Of a stretch of 64,000 bases of DNA, positions 1-14,600 are shown one piece after another. The translations under genes and the position numbers were made by a program. This stretch comes from Malacoraja senta. Its lineage: Eukaryota. The notes under the pieces were generated by a model that made no database searches, was not told the DNA's origin, and saw nothing but the letters and a program-made list of their open reading frames with translations. The stretch's first letter is position 1. Each line of letters opens with the position of its first letter. The stretch spans positions 2,420,001 to 2,484,000 of the forward strand of contig CM075998.1 in NCBI GenBank assembly GCA_038087875.1, in the 5' to 3' direction.

Positions 1-1014
1 TTGCTAGGGTGGGACATGGGGTAGTGAAGGAGGGCACAAACCTGAGGGTGCCAGTTAGCTACTATAATTTGCTTGGAGGGTCTATATTCACTTGATTGTC
101 TCCTGACAGAGGTATCTTAAAGAGAGCTCAAAATGGCATTGTCTGTCCTGTACTGGGTTCAATTGTGGAGGTGAGGGTGGAGTTGGCAGGGTGAGGGTGG
201 TTGTAGGGAAAAAAAGGCAACGAAGAAAGGGTGAAATTGATTGAGGCACAAGCCGACTGTTTTCAGTTCCCGCCCTACCAACCTGCCAGGGTGTGCAGTG
301 ATGGGTTAACAGATCCTCTGATGTTGCAGGAGGTTAAGTGGAGAGGCTGAATTGGATGCAGAGTGCATTTTACTACTCCCTTGCAGGATGAAGAGATGGA
401 CAAATTTTCTGGCTGATGACAGTCCAATTTGGCCGCTTACCTTGCAAGGAAATGTTTTACTTGGATCAAGATCTGGACAGGTTTTAAAATTGAAATGATT
501 AAAATGTAACCGTTGACTCGAGGCCCAGTGATTCATTCCAGAGGCATTTGAGTTTAAAGCTGTGCTGCTGTCTATGGGAGGAATTGTCCTATGGATCTGA
601 ATGCATGAGTTACTGATCGGTAAATGCTAGATAATTCGAACATTTTGTGCTTGGATTGGAATTCTAAACTCTGTATTATCCTTGGAACTTTACAGTGTCA
701 GTGAAGGAGGAAGTGGATTGAAGACGAGAGAATACAGGCAGTGGTTTGGCTCTTACTCCTCCATGACTTTGATTGGAGCTTTCCTGGTGGGTATGGATAC
801 AGACTGGCTGAAGTGCCACTGTCAGTATTTGGATCATTTGACAGCATATACTATGCGAGAGAATGCAAGGACTTTGGTAATGAAACCCATTGAGTCAAGA
901 CTAGTCTGTCCAAAAGTAATTCTGCTGCCATCTGACCCCTTAAACTGAGCAAACAATTTAGCTTTTGCCATCATTCTGGTTAGGCATTCTATGAAAATGT
1001 GCAAATAATTAGAG

Positions 1015-1810
1015 TCAGTCGTACAGCATGGACACAGGCCCTACGGCCCAATTGCCCATGCTGAACAAGATGCCCCATTTACACTTGTCCCACCTGCCTG
1101 TGTTTGGCCCATATCCTTGAAGACATTTCCTATCCATGTACCCTAGTCTGTGGAATTCTCTGCCTCGGAGTGCGGTGGAGGCAGGTTCTCTGGATGCTTT
1201 CAAGAGAGAGCTAGATAGGGCTCTTAAAAATAGTGGAGTCAGGGGATATGGGGAGAAGGCAGGAACGGGGTACTGATTGGGGATGATCAGCCATGATCAC
1301 ATTGAATGGTGGTGCTGGCTCGAAGGGCCAAATGGCCTACTCCTGCACCTATTGTCTATTGTCTATTACCCGTCCAAATGCATTTTAAATGTTGTTATAA
1401 CACCTGCTTCTATTACTTCCTCTGGCAGCTTGCTCCGTATATCCACCATCCTCTGTGCGGAAAAAGTTGTCCCTCAGTTTAATAGTAAATATTTTTCCTC
1501 TCACCTTAAACCTATGTCCTCTGGTTCTTGATTCCCCTACTCTGGGTAAAAGACTCTGTGCATTCTCACTATCAAATCCCCTCATGATCTTACATGCCTA
1601 TGTACAATCACCCCTTAGCCTCCTGTGCTCCAAGGAATGAAGTCCTAGCCAGTCCAACCTCACCCTACAGCTCAGGCCCTCAAGAACGAGCAACATCCTC
1701 GTAAATCATCTCTGCACTCTTTCCAGCTGAACAATATCTTTCCCATAGCATGGCGACCAAAACTGAGCACATTACTCCAAATGTGGCCTCGTCGACATCC
1801 TGTACAATTC
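1015..1810. mobile_element. Nested CR1/HER1 LINE 3' ends: + strand copy (~1147-1366) inserted in a - strand copy
   Basis: CR1 ORF2 C-terminal peptides (SRTRGHRFKVRG, LWNSLP) and 3' tail ggccaaatggcctactcctgcacctattgtctat; outer copy resumes at tacccgtccaaatg. Confidence 0.8.
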
Positions 1811-3799
1811 TTTATCATCTCAATTTTTACTTGTCCAGGTGTAGATATTTGCAGCATAGAAAGCCACTCACCCGATTATAACGGTGCTGGTTCATTGAGA
1901 TAGTTGTGTTCTTCAGTTACACCTTTAGTCTGTAAACCTAAAGACCCTTGTTTTCTAGTACCCGTCCAAATCCCTTTTAAAATTGGGAACAATTACCTTT
2001 TCAGGGAGATCATTTTAAATCCTGAGTGCAAAGATTTTCCGCATCTCTCACCAGCCACTAATCTTACATTTTTCTCGGTGTAAGATAGGAAAGATCCCAA
2101 GGCAAATCTCTGTTCATCCGCACAGCCATTTCCTGAAGGAACTTGATTCAATTAGTCAAACCTGACCTGCCCTTTAAATGTTCCACAATGAATACTCTTG
2201 ATTAGTTAGTCTCTATGTTTCTACACAGCCACTACTTTATTTATTTCCTACTGGGCGTTGCCAGTGAGGCCAATATTTATCTTTTAGTCACCTAATCACG
2301 CTGTAGTCCATCTGGTGAACATGCTCCCACAGTGTTGTTGGGGAGGAAGTTCCAGGATTTAGACCCAGCGACGATGAAGGAAAAGCAATACGTTTCCAAG
2401 TCAGAGTGGCGTGCAATTTGGAGGGGTATTTGCAAGTGGTGGCGTTCCCAGGTGCTTGAAACCCTTGTTCTTTTTGATGGTAGAGTGTGTGGTTTTGGGA
2501 AGTACCTTCAGAGCAGCCCCTTTTAGTGAAGTAAAATTTTCAGTGAATTTTGTAGGTACTATGAACCGCTGGTGGATCAATGAATGTTTTAGGGTGGTGA
2601 ATGGGGTATAAACAAGTGGGCTGATTTATTCTGAATGGTATCAAGCTTCATGAGAATTGTTGGAGCTGCACTCAGAAGCAAATGGAGAATATTCCATCCT
2701 ATTCCTGATTTGTTCCCTGTCAATTATGGAAAGGCTTTGGGGAGTCAGGAAGTGAGTTGCTTGCTGCAGGATATTTGTTGTTTGTTGCTATAGTCTTCAA
2801 TGGATTCCCTCCTGATGATGCAAGGCTAATTTGTCCAATTGTTCCCAGATGATCGCTTCCCCCTTTTCCAGAAAAAAATATGGATGTTACCGTCGTCTTT
2901 TTTTTTCCAGTTTCTTCCACAGAGTTCCCATTTTCTCAAACAGTTTGGAAAAGTATGCCTCGCACTGCACTACATTTGGTATTCTGGAGTGCAGCCTTTC
3001 TGGATCTGAGAACAGGCAGAGTTTTACAAAATTCCACAGTTTCAGCTGAGTTTCGACTGGAGAAGCTTGGATTTGGACTGGAGAAGCTTGGAGCAACGAA
3101 GGTCGAGAGGAGATTTGAGAGATGTGGATGAGTCCATGATAGGTTTGCAGTAAACAGAAGGAAGTTATTTTCATTAGCAGATAGTTCATAGAAGGAGGGA
3201 CATGGAACTATAACGATGGGCTAAAGATGGTAAGGGCAGTGGGTTGTCAGAAGAACAGCTATTTTATGCAGAAAATGGTAAGTATCTAAAATTCACTGCT
3301 TGCTGATGGGAATTGATCCAGTCAGGGCTCTGGATAAGCTTGGGGAAAATATTTTGCAAAGCTGTGGGGGAAAAAAAGAGCAGGGAAAATAGACTGAAGA
3401 GACTACTCTACAAAGAGGTGATTTGGAGTCAATGGGCCAGTTGGCCAGCTTCTGTGCCATTATAATTGTTTTTATATATTTTCATTTGATAGCTGTGTCA
3501 GAAACAGTTTTATCTGCAATCAACTGTATGGCAAATGTCACAAAGTTCTGAATGTTCCAAACCAAAATTACCTTTGATAAGAACTTAACACAAAATTGGG
3601 AAAAGGGTGGGCCTCAGCTGTACTAAACAACTTAGATTTTCTCCAGCAGATAGGGACTTCCGACAATGTATTTGGATGTTTCGAGGGCAGTGGCTCTCTT
3701 CCAAGGCAAGGAATTACAATACAGTGCATTGTGTTTTTAGTTTATGAAATTAAAGAAGGCAAGTACAGATTCTGTTCAAAACATACTGTCCATGTCCCC

Positions 3800-4150
3800 C
3801 TGGGTAGCACATTTTGCCTCTCGACGGTTGAAGGCTCCAGTCCCATTCAGAGACTGGAACACAAAGGTCTGAATTGCTTTATTGCAGTACTGAGGGAGTG
3901 CTGCACTGTTGGAGATGCTGCCTTGCAGAGTTATTAAACTAAGACTTCTCTACTTTCCTTGAAGGCCAAAGATTGTATGGTCCTATTATGGGGGGGGGGG
4001 GGGGGGGGCTGTCTGGGGAGTTCTCCCTGCTGTCCAGAACCGTATTCCTTAAATGGGACAATTTATTTAAAATAATCTGGTTGTCATCACTTTGCTGTTT
4101 ATGGGAGCTTGCTGTGTACAAATTATCTGCTGCTTTTCATGCGTTACAGT
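3800..4150 (+). mobile_element. Old Deu-domain (SacSINE1-like) SINE
   Basis: gcagtactgagggagtgctgcactgttggagatgc...ggagttctcc...tctggttgtcatcactttgctgtttatgggagcttgctgtg; similar blocks at ~9630, 16250-16605, 32640-32795, 47530-47790, 59420-60200. Confidence 0.6.
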
Positions 4151-4599
4151 AGAGGCCACTCTTCAGTTGACTCTAACAGGACTGGATTTATTGGAAGCAG
4201 GAAGGATGTTCCAGAAGGCTGGGGAGTCCATAACCAAGTATATTTAAGAATGAGTTTGATATAGCTGGAGGGATCAAAGGATTTGGGAAGAAAGCTTGAA
4301 CAGACTGACAGATTTGGATGGTCAGCTATGATCATGTTGAATCAGGCTCAAAGAGCTGTATGAACTGCTCCTGCTCTAATTTTCCATGTATCTGTCTCTC
4401 CGCATCTAAAAGTTACTGTTGAATGTGCCTCCACTGTTCTTTCAAGATAGCAGGTTGCAGATTGTAATGGCTCACTGGTAAACATTCATCCTGGGGCGTT
4501 TGAGCTGGAGGCCCAAACCGCTTTCAAATCACTTTCCAAATATGTTTCTGCTGCAAAATCAACCAAGCTTTGGAAGTGAAACTATTGCCATGTTTCATG

Positions 4600-5050
4600 G
4601 TTAGTACGCGCCACCGTTCTCTTAGGACGGGCGTTAAAGATCGTCCGCACAGCTCGAGCCCGCGTCTGTTCGTTGGACTACGTACCTGCTGTGTGCGAGT
4701 GTCTTTTGGACTCCATAACCCAAGCGGAGCATCGCCGTATATTAATCGGCATGTTACCAGTTCACAGCACAATTTCTCACGAAATTTACGTTTTGTTAAC
4801 TTGGAGTAAACCCCGCCACAGGGCGCAGGGCGCGGGGCGCGGACGCTCGCCAAGCGCCGCACGTGCCGCCCGCCAAGCGCTCGAGCCCGCGCCCTGTGGC
4901 GGGGTTTACCTCAGGACGCGGGCTCGAGCTCGGCCTCCACACTGCACGGGATAAGCCCGAGGCGAATAACAAACGCTCTTCTAATCAAACGCGTACCATT
5001 TTTATTCCGACCCCGCACGCTCTTTGCCTATCATGTGTCTGTCGGGCAAT
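4600..5050. other. CpG-rich island with nested inverted repeats (unclassified: promoter-like island or DNA-transposon remnant)
   Basis: Very high CpG density; inverted pairs 4806-4826/4889-4909 and 4651-4666/4915-4930. Confidence 0.6.
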
Positions 5051-6659
5051 GTGTTTCTTTTGCCTGCAGAATTTCCGGTCACATTTGCTGAAGTGTTCTG
5101 CTCCCAGAACAGGAAAACAAGTCTGAGTCCAATAGGCTGGCATTGACCACAAAGCAGAGGCAGCTGCATAAACAGTCAACGAAAAACCGAGAAGAATGTA
5201 GGAAAACATCGTTCCACGATGACTGGATGACACAACTTGCCGAGGGCAAAGGAAAAGCACACTGATGATGTCGTTCCAGAACTATTTGCTGAAAATCCCT
5301 TTTGCTGCCGTCTTTATTTCTCACGAAAGTGAGGAACTTAATGCTGGAAACACGGTTTAAACCAAAACACAAAAAATTTCCAAGCAAGTTTTTCCACTGT
5401 GTTTCAACCAAACATTGTAGACTAAAGCCTGATGCAGCAGATCACAGCTCCTGCTGTGTTACTCTTGGTGGGAGGAGGTGCGTTGGTCTCCTTACAACAT
5501 CCTAAAGTTCCAGTTAAGTTACTTTCCAAGTTGTAATGGAGGAAACACAGGTTGTGCACAGCAAGCTCCAGCAAATAGCAATGCGAGAACGACCAAATAA
5601 CCTCTTTTAATAATGTTGAGTGAGGGACAAATATTTTCCGGCCTTATGGAATAATAACAGTACAGGGCACAGAAGAGTGGCTGTTCAACTCTTGTGTTCA
5701 TGCTACAGCTGTTAGCTGAATTTCACTTACTAACTCGTCAGGGCACAAAGTGCTGGAGTAACTCAACAGGTGAGGCGCAATCAATCTCTGGAAAACATGG
5801 ATAAGTGACGTTTTAGGTTGAGACCCTTCATCAGGGAAGCTTTACAATCCGCATATCTTCAAACCTGTCTCATACCTTCCATTCTTATGTCTGGCCTGTG
5901 TTCCAACCAACGATAGATACAAAATGCTGGAGAGAAGGAATGGGTGACGTTTCGGGTCGAGACCCATCTTCAGACTGTGTTCCAACCACCTACCTATCAA
6001 ACCCCCCCTTGCCAATGTCGACCTATTAACTGCCATGCTTTGTCCTGCCTCTCCCCTTTTCCAGCATTCTTCTCCCCCCACCCCCCCTACAATGTCTCAA
6101 AAAGGGTCTCAACCCCAAACGTCACCTATACACGTTCTCCAGAGCTGCCCATCTGTTACTCCAGCCCTTTGTGTCCTTTTGTGTATTAACCAGCATCTGC
6201 AGCTCTTTATTTCTACATCTGCTAACTTGTGATGTGTAGCCCAGTTGCTGTTCAGTGGAATTCCCCCGCCCTCTGATGGCGATTCACCCAGGCAATGGTG
6301 TTTCTTGAAGAACTCGCTCCTCGAAACATATCCAGGATATGATTTCATAATGTAAGCCACAGACTTTCCAGTGCTTTGTGAGGTAACTTTGAGGAACATA
6401 TACATCGAGGAATTGTTTTTACAAGTGCTGTCATTGACTTGTGGACAGAGACACGGGCCAAAGCTTCCAAAAGCATTCTGCTTCTCTTTTTGACATTTAT
6501 CTGATTGTAAAGTATGATTTGTCCAAATGAGGAGGTCTTGAATCAATTTCAAAAAATACATTTTTTGAGCAATTTACATAGCATGGTTCCCAGAGGATTA
6601 GTTGATTCCTTCCAAAACCTTCCAAAACATTTGAAAATACTCCACCGCTGAGGTAAGTA

Positions 6660-7230
6660 CAAGAACACGGGACTAGGATATTATAGCTATTACAGAAACC
6701 TGGCTGAGAGAGGACCAGGCCTGGCAGCTCAATGTTCCAGTGTACAAATGCATCAGGAGGGATAGAGGTAAAGGTAAAAGAGGAGGGTGTTTGTGTTTGT
6801 GAATAGGGAGAATAACACAGCAGTACTTGGAGAGTATATTTCTGGGGGATCGTTCAACAAGGCTAAATGGGTGCAATTGAGAAATGAGGGGGTGATTATT
6901 TTGGAATCGTATAATAGGCCCCCAATAGTCATCAAGAATTAGAGGAGCAAATATGTAGGGTGATCACATGTATTATTTTGGCAAGAAAAATTGGGTAGAA
7001 ATAGAGGGAGATCTAAATAATGATTGAGACTGCCATAGTGCTAAGGGCTTGTATGGGCTGGAATTTGTTAAATGTTAAGGACAATTTTCTCAGCAAATAT
7101 GCAGATGGCTCTACTAGAGATGATCTCCTCTTGGGAAATAAGGCAGGGCAGGTGACTGAAATGTTAGTAGGGGAGCACTTATTAGTTTTAAATAGAACTA
7201 TTAAAAAAACTAAAACTATTTATTAGTTTT
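6660..7230 (+). mobile_element. Decayed CR1-type LINE ORF2 endonuclease fragment
   Basis: Translates to DIIAITETWLREDQAWQLNVPVY and later DDLLLGNKAGQVTE (APE domain motifs). Confidence 0.75.
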
Positions 7231-9108
7231 AAAGCAGAGGAAGCAGAAATGGCACCCACAAAAGAATGGTTTCTCCAACAAGATCCAGTAAGTGGAGTTC
7301 AGTCACGTATATTATGCATGTGAAATTAATCAATCACTTATTGACAAGAGCAATTACCCAATAATTTCCTCTCTGACGAGAATGATGTGACCATAAACTT
7401 GATAAGTGAAGAGAAAATTTCTTCCCATCTCCTCACTATCCAATGTAGATCGTGGAAATGCAATCACTGATCAGGAGGTGACCACCCTTATCCCCACCAA
7501 GCACATGGCAGCTAGGGAGCCATTAGGACAACCCATCCATGCTGGCTTTAGATCTCTAGGTGGTTCAATGAAGTGCCATCCTTAATCTACCAAGCCAAGA
7601 AAAGAGACACCCACCCATCATTTTTTGTGCTGTGATAACTCTGTTGAAGTAATTCAATGAATGAATGAAGGCTGTTTTATACCCTATGTACCTATTTGAA
7701 AAAGCAGCCTCAAACCACTACATAAACAGGCATTTCAGTACTAACAAAAAAATCTCAATAGGAAGTTGTTTAAATAAGTTCTCAACCTACACTACAACTC
7801 TCCAAGGAAACCCTAGACTTGTACCTCTGAAGAATTTCAGCCATCATAGATCAATAGAAATACCACTTAAAAGACCCACTTTTTCTTTAAAAAACATTTA
7901 GTGCAGCTCACAGGAATTGCCTGGCTTATGTCGGATTTGTAAGGGACTCTAGTCCGAAACTCTGAATGTAACCATCTAATAGATTCCAGAATCTTATGTG
8001 TGTTTTTAACTCTTCATCTCGTGCATCAATTGAGTTACGTTCCATGTGCCTGTTCATTTACAGCATGCATGCGTACATGAGTGAGTACCCTCGCATAAGT
8101 TAACAATGTTGAGACAATTACTTAGAATTTTATAGGGTCTTAAAGTTGTTTAAAAAGACTTGGAATTCATTTTGGCATTGCACAAGAATGTTGGCTGGGG
8201 ACCGGAAGGAATATTCTGTGTATACATCGTCACACACATTATTGCTGCCCCACGCAATAAACAGCAGCGATCTAAGAAAAAAAATGTTGAAAAGATTTAT
8301 GATCGGTTATGTGAACAACACAAGCAGAAATGTCACTGTGAATGGCAGGTAGACCATTCCATGGCCTCTTTGGCTCACTAGGTAATTGCAGTGTGATATA
8401 TAAAATATCAACCTTTAGCCCAGCATTGTTTACATGGCATTTAGCATAGTGTGACTGTGTACACTTTTATACTCTGAGGCTTATCCAGTGGGTTGTGTGT
8501 GTACATAATGACCTGTTGGCCTTGTCCAGCACGTACAGTGACATAGGGGTCTGCGTTTGTTGAACTGCATATATTGTGTACAGTGACTTATGGGTCTGCA
8601 TAGAGTGGGCTGTGTATATTGTGTACCTGTGGCACTCTGTACATTGAGCTGTATACAATGAGTGGGATTATGTATACTAATGCCTGCATTCCTAACTAAT
8701 GATGTGAAGACGACTTTAACCATGAAAATAACCTTCTGCTGACTTTTCACCAATCATAGTTTACCCATTCTGTCCAGAACCTCTCACACATTCAACTCCA
8801 GTTCCTAGAGCACGGACTAATTCAGTTTATCATGGAACTGTGTAACTGTTAAGACATAGTGAGAAGGTTTAGACCAACTTGAACATCCTTCACACCAGTA
8901 ATTGATGGTGTTGTGGTAATCACTCCACCCAAAGCCTGTCCCAAAACCATTTCCATCTGTTAGTCATTGCATTCCTACTTTTACCCAAGAATGATAATTC
9001 TCACTGTCAACAATGTATCAGTAATCAGCATTGTCGCCTCGGTCAGTTGTAGCTTCAAGACTCGCACCATTTGTAGGTTTAACTATCACTCTAGTCTCTT
9101 GGAATTGA

Positions 9109-9317
9109 CTCTGTCTCTGTCTCTGTCTCTGTCTCTGTCTCTGTCTCTGTCTCTGTCTCTGTCTCTGTCTCTGTCTCTGTCTCTGTCTCTGTCTCTGTCT
9201 CTGTCTCTGTCTCTGTCTCTGTCTCTGTCTCTGTCTCTGTCTCTGTCTCTGTCTCTGTCTCTGTCTCTGTCTCTGTCTCTGTCTCTGTCTCTCTCTCTGT
9301 CTCTGTCTCTGTCTCTC
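9109..9317. repeat. (CTCTGT)n hexanucleotide microsatellite
   Basis: ~34 near-perfect units; explains the SL/RQ/ET-repeat ORFs. Confidence 0.98.
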
Positions 9318-10360
9318 GATATCTGTGTGCATCTATCCGTCTCGATATCTGGGTGCGTCCCTCTCTCCCCCTCTCCCTCTCCCTCTCCCTCTCCCTCTCT
9401 CGCCTCTCTCTCACATGATAACTGTCACTCTCATCCTGATTCTTTCCCTCCTTCATTTCCCCCTTCGTCCATCTCTTTACCTCCTCCTAACTGCTTCTCG
9501 TAGTCACCCCCCACCTCCGATTACCCTCCCCTTACTCACCTTCTTCCCTCAGCCCCTTCCAATTTCCCCAATTTATATTTCTAATGTGATTTTATATTTA
9601 AAAAAAACAAATAATGTCCAAATCAACTGATGATCTGGTCATTATCACATTGCAGGTTGTGGGAGCTTGTTATGTTTAAATTTGCAGCAGTGATTGCATT
9701 TTGCAACAATCTAGGGCAGAGAAAGTGTTAGAGATGCTTCCGTCTTTCTTGCATTTCATCTTTTATCAGTGAAATGATTATTCTCAGTAAATTCATCACC
9801 CCTTGTTTGCAAACTCAAATACAAAGCCGACTTTATCGGACATTTTTTTGTGTATGGAGCTGCAATCATGATAACAACAGGTGCGCGCATCATCGCTCTC
9901 TGCAAGTTGTATGTTTTTTCAGCTTTATTCTGGGAACTCACGGCTGAAGTCTATCAGTACAAGAGTTGATGTTTCTTCCCTCTCTCCACCCCCGCCTTAT
10001 GAAACTACAATGGTATGCCCATTAGAAAAACAACTTCAAGAAAACTTCTCTTAACAAGAACACATTCCTGTTGGCTATTCAACTGCAAATTATGTGGAAT
10101 TGCTTCAAAGTAATTGGAGAAATTCCACTTTTAGTGATAAGGGGATTGTGCTTAACCTCCCTGCCAAATCCTCACTGATGCTCCTCTCTCCGATGTGGAA
10201 ACGTCTGAGTAGACAAGGGACGAGAAAGTCGTTTGCGAGGCTTCTCCTTCAGAGCGGAGTCCTGCTAGTCACTGTCTCTAGCTTTCCAAGGTGCACTCAG
10301 TGCTGGTGATAGTCTGGTTCGGAATGGAACCTGGTATACTGACGCCTAATCATGGAAATC

Positions 10361-10462
10361 TCAAGTCAAGTCAAGTGAGTTTATTGTCACGTGTCCCTGG
10401 TAGGACAATGAAATTCTTGCTTTGCTTGAGCACAACAGAACATAGTAGGCATTTACTACAAG
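10361..10462 (-). mobile_element. Rex1/Babar 3' tail only
   Basis: Reverse complement of the 3' UTR at ~46050-46150. Confidence 0.7.
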
Positions 10463-10799
10463 GCATTCTATAAATCTATACACAATGGTCAATATACTGA
10501 TAAAGTGCAAATAAAAGCAATGGGTGCCAAGTATGTTGGTGTTGCTGGTGGTTAAGTTATTGGACAAGTAATCCAGAGATCCGAGTTGAAATCCCACCAT
10601 GACAAGTATGGAAGTAAAGTTCAGGTAAAACTCTGGAATATTAAAAAAAAAAACAATGGTAGTAATGATGACAATTAAACTGCTGTATTGTGAAAACCCA
10701 CCTGATTCATGGTGCCACAAAGAAATCTGCCATCCTTAGCTGGTCTGGCACATGTGTTTCTGGTCCCATCAATGTGCTTTAAATAAGGACAAGTATAAA

Positions 10800-11610
10800 T
10801 AAGGGCATGGAAGCAGAGCTGGTTGAAGTGAACTGATGGATTAGATTGAGGGATCAGTCAACTGAGAAGCAGTGGCAGACATTTAAGGCAATCTTTCAAA
10901 ACATGCAATCCAACAAGAAAGAAAAATTCCAAGGAGAGGACTCGCCATATGTGGTCAACTAAAAAAGTTAAAGGTAATATCAAACATAAAGAAAATACAC
11001 ATAGTTACACAAAGACAGATGCCAGGTCAGAATATAAAGTAAAGCAAAAAGTAACTAAAAGATTCATAATGAAGGAAACATTTGAGTTTGAGATAAAGCA
11101 AGTCAGAAATATAAAAACAGATTGTGAGAATGTCAGTAGATAGTTAAAAGAGAGAGAAGAGTTACAAATTGATGGTCCGGCAGAAAATGACTCTGGGGAG
11201 TTATAATGGAAATGAGATGGTAGATGAATTAAACAGGAATTTTGCATTAATCTTCAGAGGATACAACTAACAACCCAGAAATAGCTGTAAATTGTGAATT
11301 GGAAGGGAGGAACAATCTCAAGCAGATGAGTAGAACATGGCTGATAAGTCCCTGGGTGCTGATGGACTTCATCCCCGAGACTTAAAATAAGTGGATTGTG
11401 AGATAATTGATGCATTGGTTTTAATTTTCCAAAATTCCATAGATTTGGGGAAGGCTGTGTTGGATTGGAAAATATCAAATGTAGCTTCTTTATTCAAAAA
11501 TATTTATTCAAGAAACCACAGGGCAGTTAGCTTAACATGTCAGTGGGTAATATTTGAAGTTATTATTAAAGACAGGGCACTTGGAAAAGATTGTTACATA
11601 AGGTCAGAGT
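10800..11610 (+). mobile_element. Decayed CR1-type LINE ORF2 fragment (pre-RT region)
   Basis: KSLGADGLHPR and LIFQNSIDLGKAVLDWKISNVASLFK-like motifs. Confidence 0.7.
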
Positions 11611-14600
11611 GAGTTTTCACTGGTGAACCAAGCCATAGATACCGCTGAGCAAACTCTCCCTAACAAAACACATTTTGTGTATGTTAATCCCTCCCATCGC
11701 TGTTCCATCATTTTTGTTTTGTTTATTTATGAAATTTCAGCTACTGCTTAACTTACATCTGTCCCAATTTTTATATAGTACCATGTGTGATAAGTTAATT
11801 TAAAAAGTGCTTCCTTATTAGATGGCTGTGAGAATTATTTAAATATGATTGGTTGCTCAGCCTACTTGACAACTTTACAGCTGTTGGATGCCAGGGACCC
11901 CATTGAATTGATGCCCGATGGCAGCGTGTGCCAGAAAAGCAAAAGCCCTCACACCAGAGATTGTAATATCTTTGCAGGGAATTGTCTTCAAGGACAACTG
12001 AGACTGATACATGACAGAAGGAGGCCATTCTACCTGTTATGCCAATGATAGCTCTTTGAAGAAGCTTTAATTACACTATTCAGCTTTTACCCACAGCCCT
12101 GCAAATCTATCTGCTTTAAGGATCAGGACTACTGTACTGAACACTTTAAATCAGATACTGCTACCAGTAGTCCCACTCATCAAGTGCTCCATCGTGAAGG
12201 TGGGTCAGACCATTTGGCTCTTGACTGCGATGCTGTTGAACCTGATCTTACGATCAGCAGACATTTTCTTTTCTTGCAAAGACCCTCTTGCCAGGAGCTT
12301 GATGTGCTTTGCTGCAGAGCGCAATGCTTCGAGGCAGCCAAGTGTCAGAGCATAATTAATTAACGTTATATTTGTCTTGTGCAGTTGAAAGGGCAGTTGT
12401 GGATCGGACTTCAGCCAAGGCTTTGCAACAGCCAAACAAAGTAAATTTGAACCTTATTAAAGTCATGGAATTTTTGTTTAAGGAATTTCTGCCTCGTCTA
12501 CACCATTGGGAGTGCTTGTGGGGAACTTGGGCACACTTCCTGACTGCTCAGGTACCAGGGAGCTGGAAATTGGTTAATGGTGCACTTGTTTCAGTGAAAT
12601 GTGTTGCTGGCTTAAAGGCTTAAAGAAATAGACTTCAAGTCTCACAGCATAGGGCAGGTTTTGAAAGGAAACATGTTGATGATTGACCACAATGTGAGTG
12701 AACCTGTTTCATCCTGTGTTTTGAGGGAGCTGTCAAAACATTTTCAGCCTGTAAATGTTTTGCTGTGTATGGCAGGGATAACATTCTTGCTGCATATTAT
12801 CATACATCATTTATTTGGTGAGAAAGGTGTTCACATACACCAGAAGGAGGCTGGTTTAATCTGCTGAGTGAAACAGCAGTCTTTAGTTGCCAACAGCATG
12901 AAACTATTGTCATGATCGGCCCAAATGTAGTCAGATGCAAAATTACCTGCTGAGGTGCTGGGTATGTGGTGGTGAAGCCCTTGAGAGCAACAAAGAGTTA
13001 TTTTACAAATAAATCCCACCCACTGTCGACATGTGCAGGAGAGCTGCCATTATTCGTGGACAGGAAGCCCAAAACACACAGAAGATCGATGTGTTGTAAA
13101 CCTGCAGCATGCTGGCAGTGTTCTTGTGGGCTATCAAACTGACGGTCCTCAAGCCATGGTAAGTGTCTCTTAATCTCTTACAGGTGCTTAACATCAGGCT
13201 TTTTGTATAATATAACTATAGCAACTACAATCTCTCTGACTTCACCCTCCCTGTTTCTCCTGGACTTTAATTATAATGCACCGATACACTCCTCAGTTAC
13301 CTGTATCAAAACATAGACATAGATCTGGTTGAATTTATTAGTACAAAGGGTGTGTGCATCATTGGCGACACCAGTGTTTATTGTCTATCCATAATTTCCC
13401 TGATCTATGGTCATCAGTGGGTATGGAGTTATGTAAGCCAGGCCAGAACAGCATTTCCAGGTGAGTTTTTATGAGAATCCAGGAGTTTTATGATTACTGC
13501 TAACAAGCTAGATTTTAAAACATTCTTCAATTACTTGAATTTAAATTCCCCACACTAGGGGTTTGAACTCGGGTCTCTGGATCAAAGGTCCAGGCATCAT
13601 GCTGCCAGTCTAGTTCCTTACCCATTCCGCCATCAAATCAATCTGTAAGCTCCACCCCGCTGCTCCCAGGAGCACTGAAATGTTGGAGCTCAGTCTCCTC
13701 TTCCCCTGTAATGTAATAGGATCCAAACACTTCAGACTCAGGAGTTCCTCTTTTCTGCTCTGAATGGGGTCACCAATAGGCTCCTGGGTTTGTACCAGAC
13801 TTTCATGACAGAATAAAAGTCACAGGCTGAAACTTAAGGTGCAGATCTGGGTGGTGCAGAAGTTGAACGGACGTGCTTGGAAATTGTAGACTTCCATTTC
13901 ATGCTGTTGGCAGTAGAGCCACAGAAACTCTGCTCCCTTTAATAAGGGAATTCCTGTTTAATAAACTTCATTTATGAGCTCCAGTGATTCTTTTGTCTCT
14001 CAGTCCAGAAACATTGAATGCAGCCTCTATACCCCAGCACCCTGCCTACAGCAAGCATCGCAATGGCACCAACCTGGTCTTTCTGTTGTGGAACATTTAT
14101 ACACTCGCCACACTGCCTTCTCGCTGAGCTGAACGGGCCATTGTCCAAACACTGTCGCCTTTGCAAAGTATCACGCCCATGAGCTGTTTATACATAGAAC
14201 GTCAGGTCCTCCTTGGGCCAAGGCACTTCAGCTTGAATGCTTCCCAAATTAACTGCTTGCTTTGAGCACACGTCTGGACACAATATCTCCTCTGATCTCC
14301 GCGATCTCACAGCTGAGCCTCGATAAAAGACAAAATTTAAAAGTTCAAAAGTTGTGAGGCTGCTGGTTTTCTTTTGTGATGAAAGCAGTAAGTGCTGTAC
14401 CCTAGAAATTCAATTATGTAAACCTTTTTTATGATTGAAATGTGATTTTTCTTTTTGCTCCCAAGAATGAAACTTTACAATTACCCATTCTGGGACATTC
14501 CCAAAATTCAATCAGGAACTTTTGTGGATGGCAAAGAGACCAGAATTACTGGAGATCTTAGAGGGTTATTCACCTGGAGGATTGAGTCTCAGGAGGATTT

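Noticed and set aside
6109..6561. 150-aa minus-strand ORF
   Set aside because: No recognisable domain; its 3' part lies in a Penelope terminal repeat
8967..9503. Long ORFs with SL/RQ/ET repeats
   Set aside because: Translations of the (CTCTGT)n microsatellite
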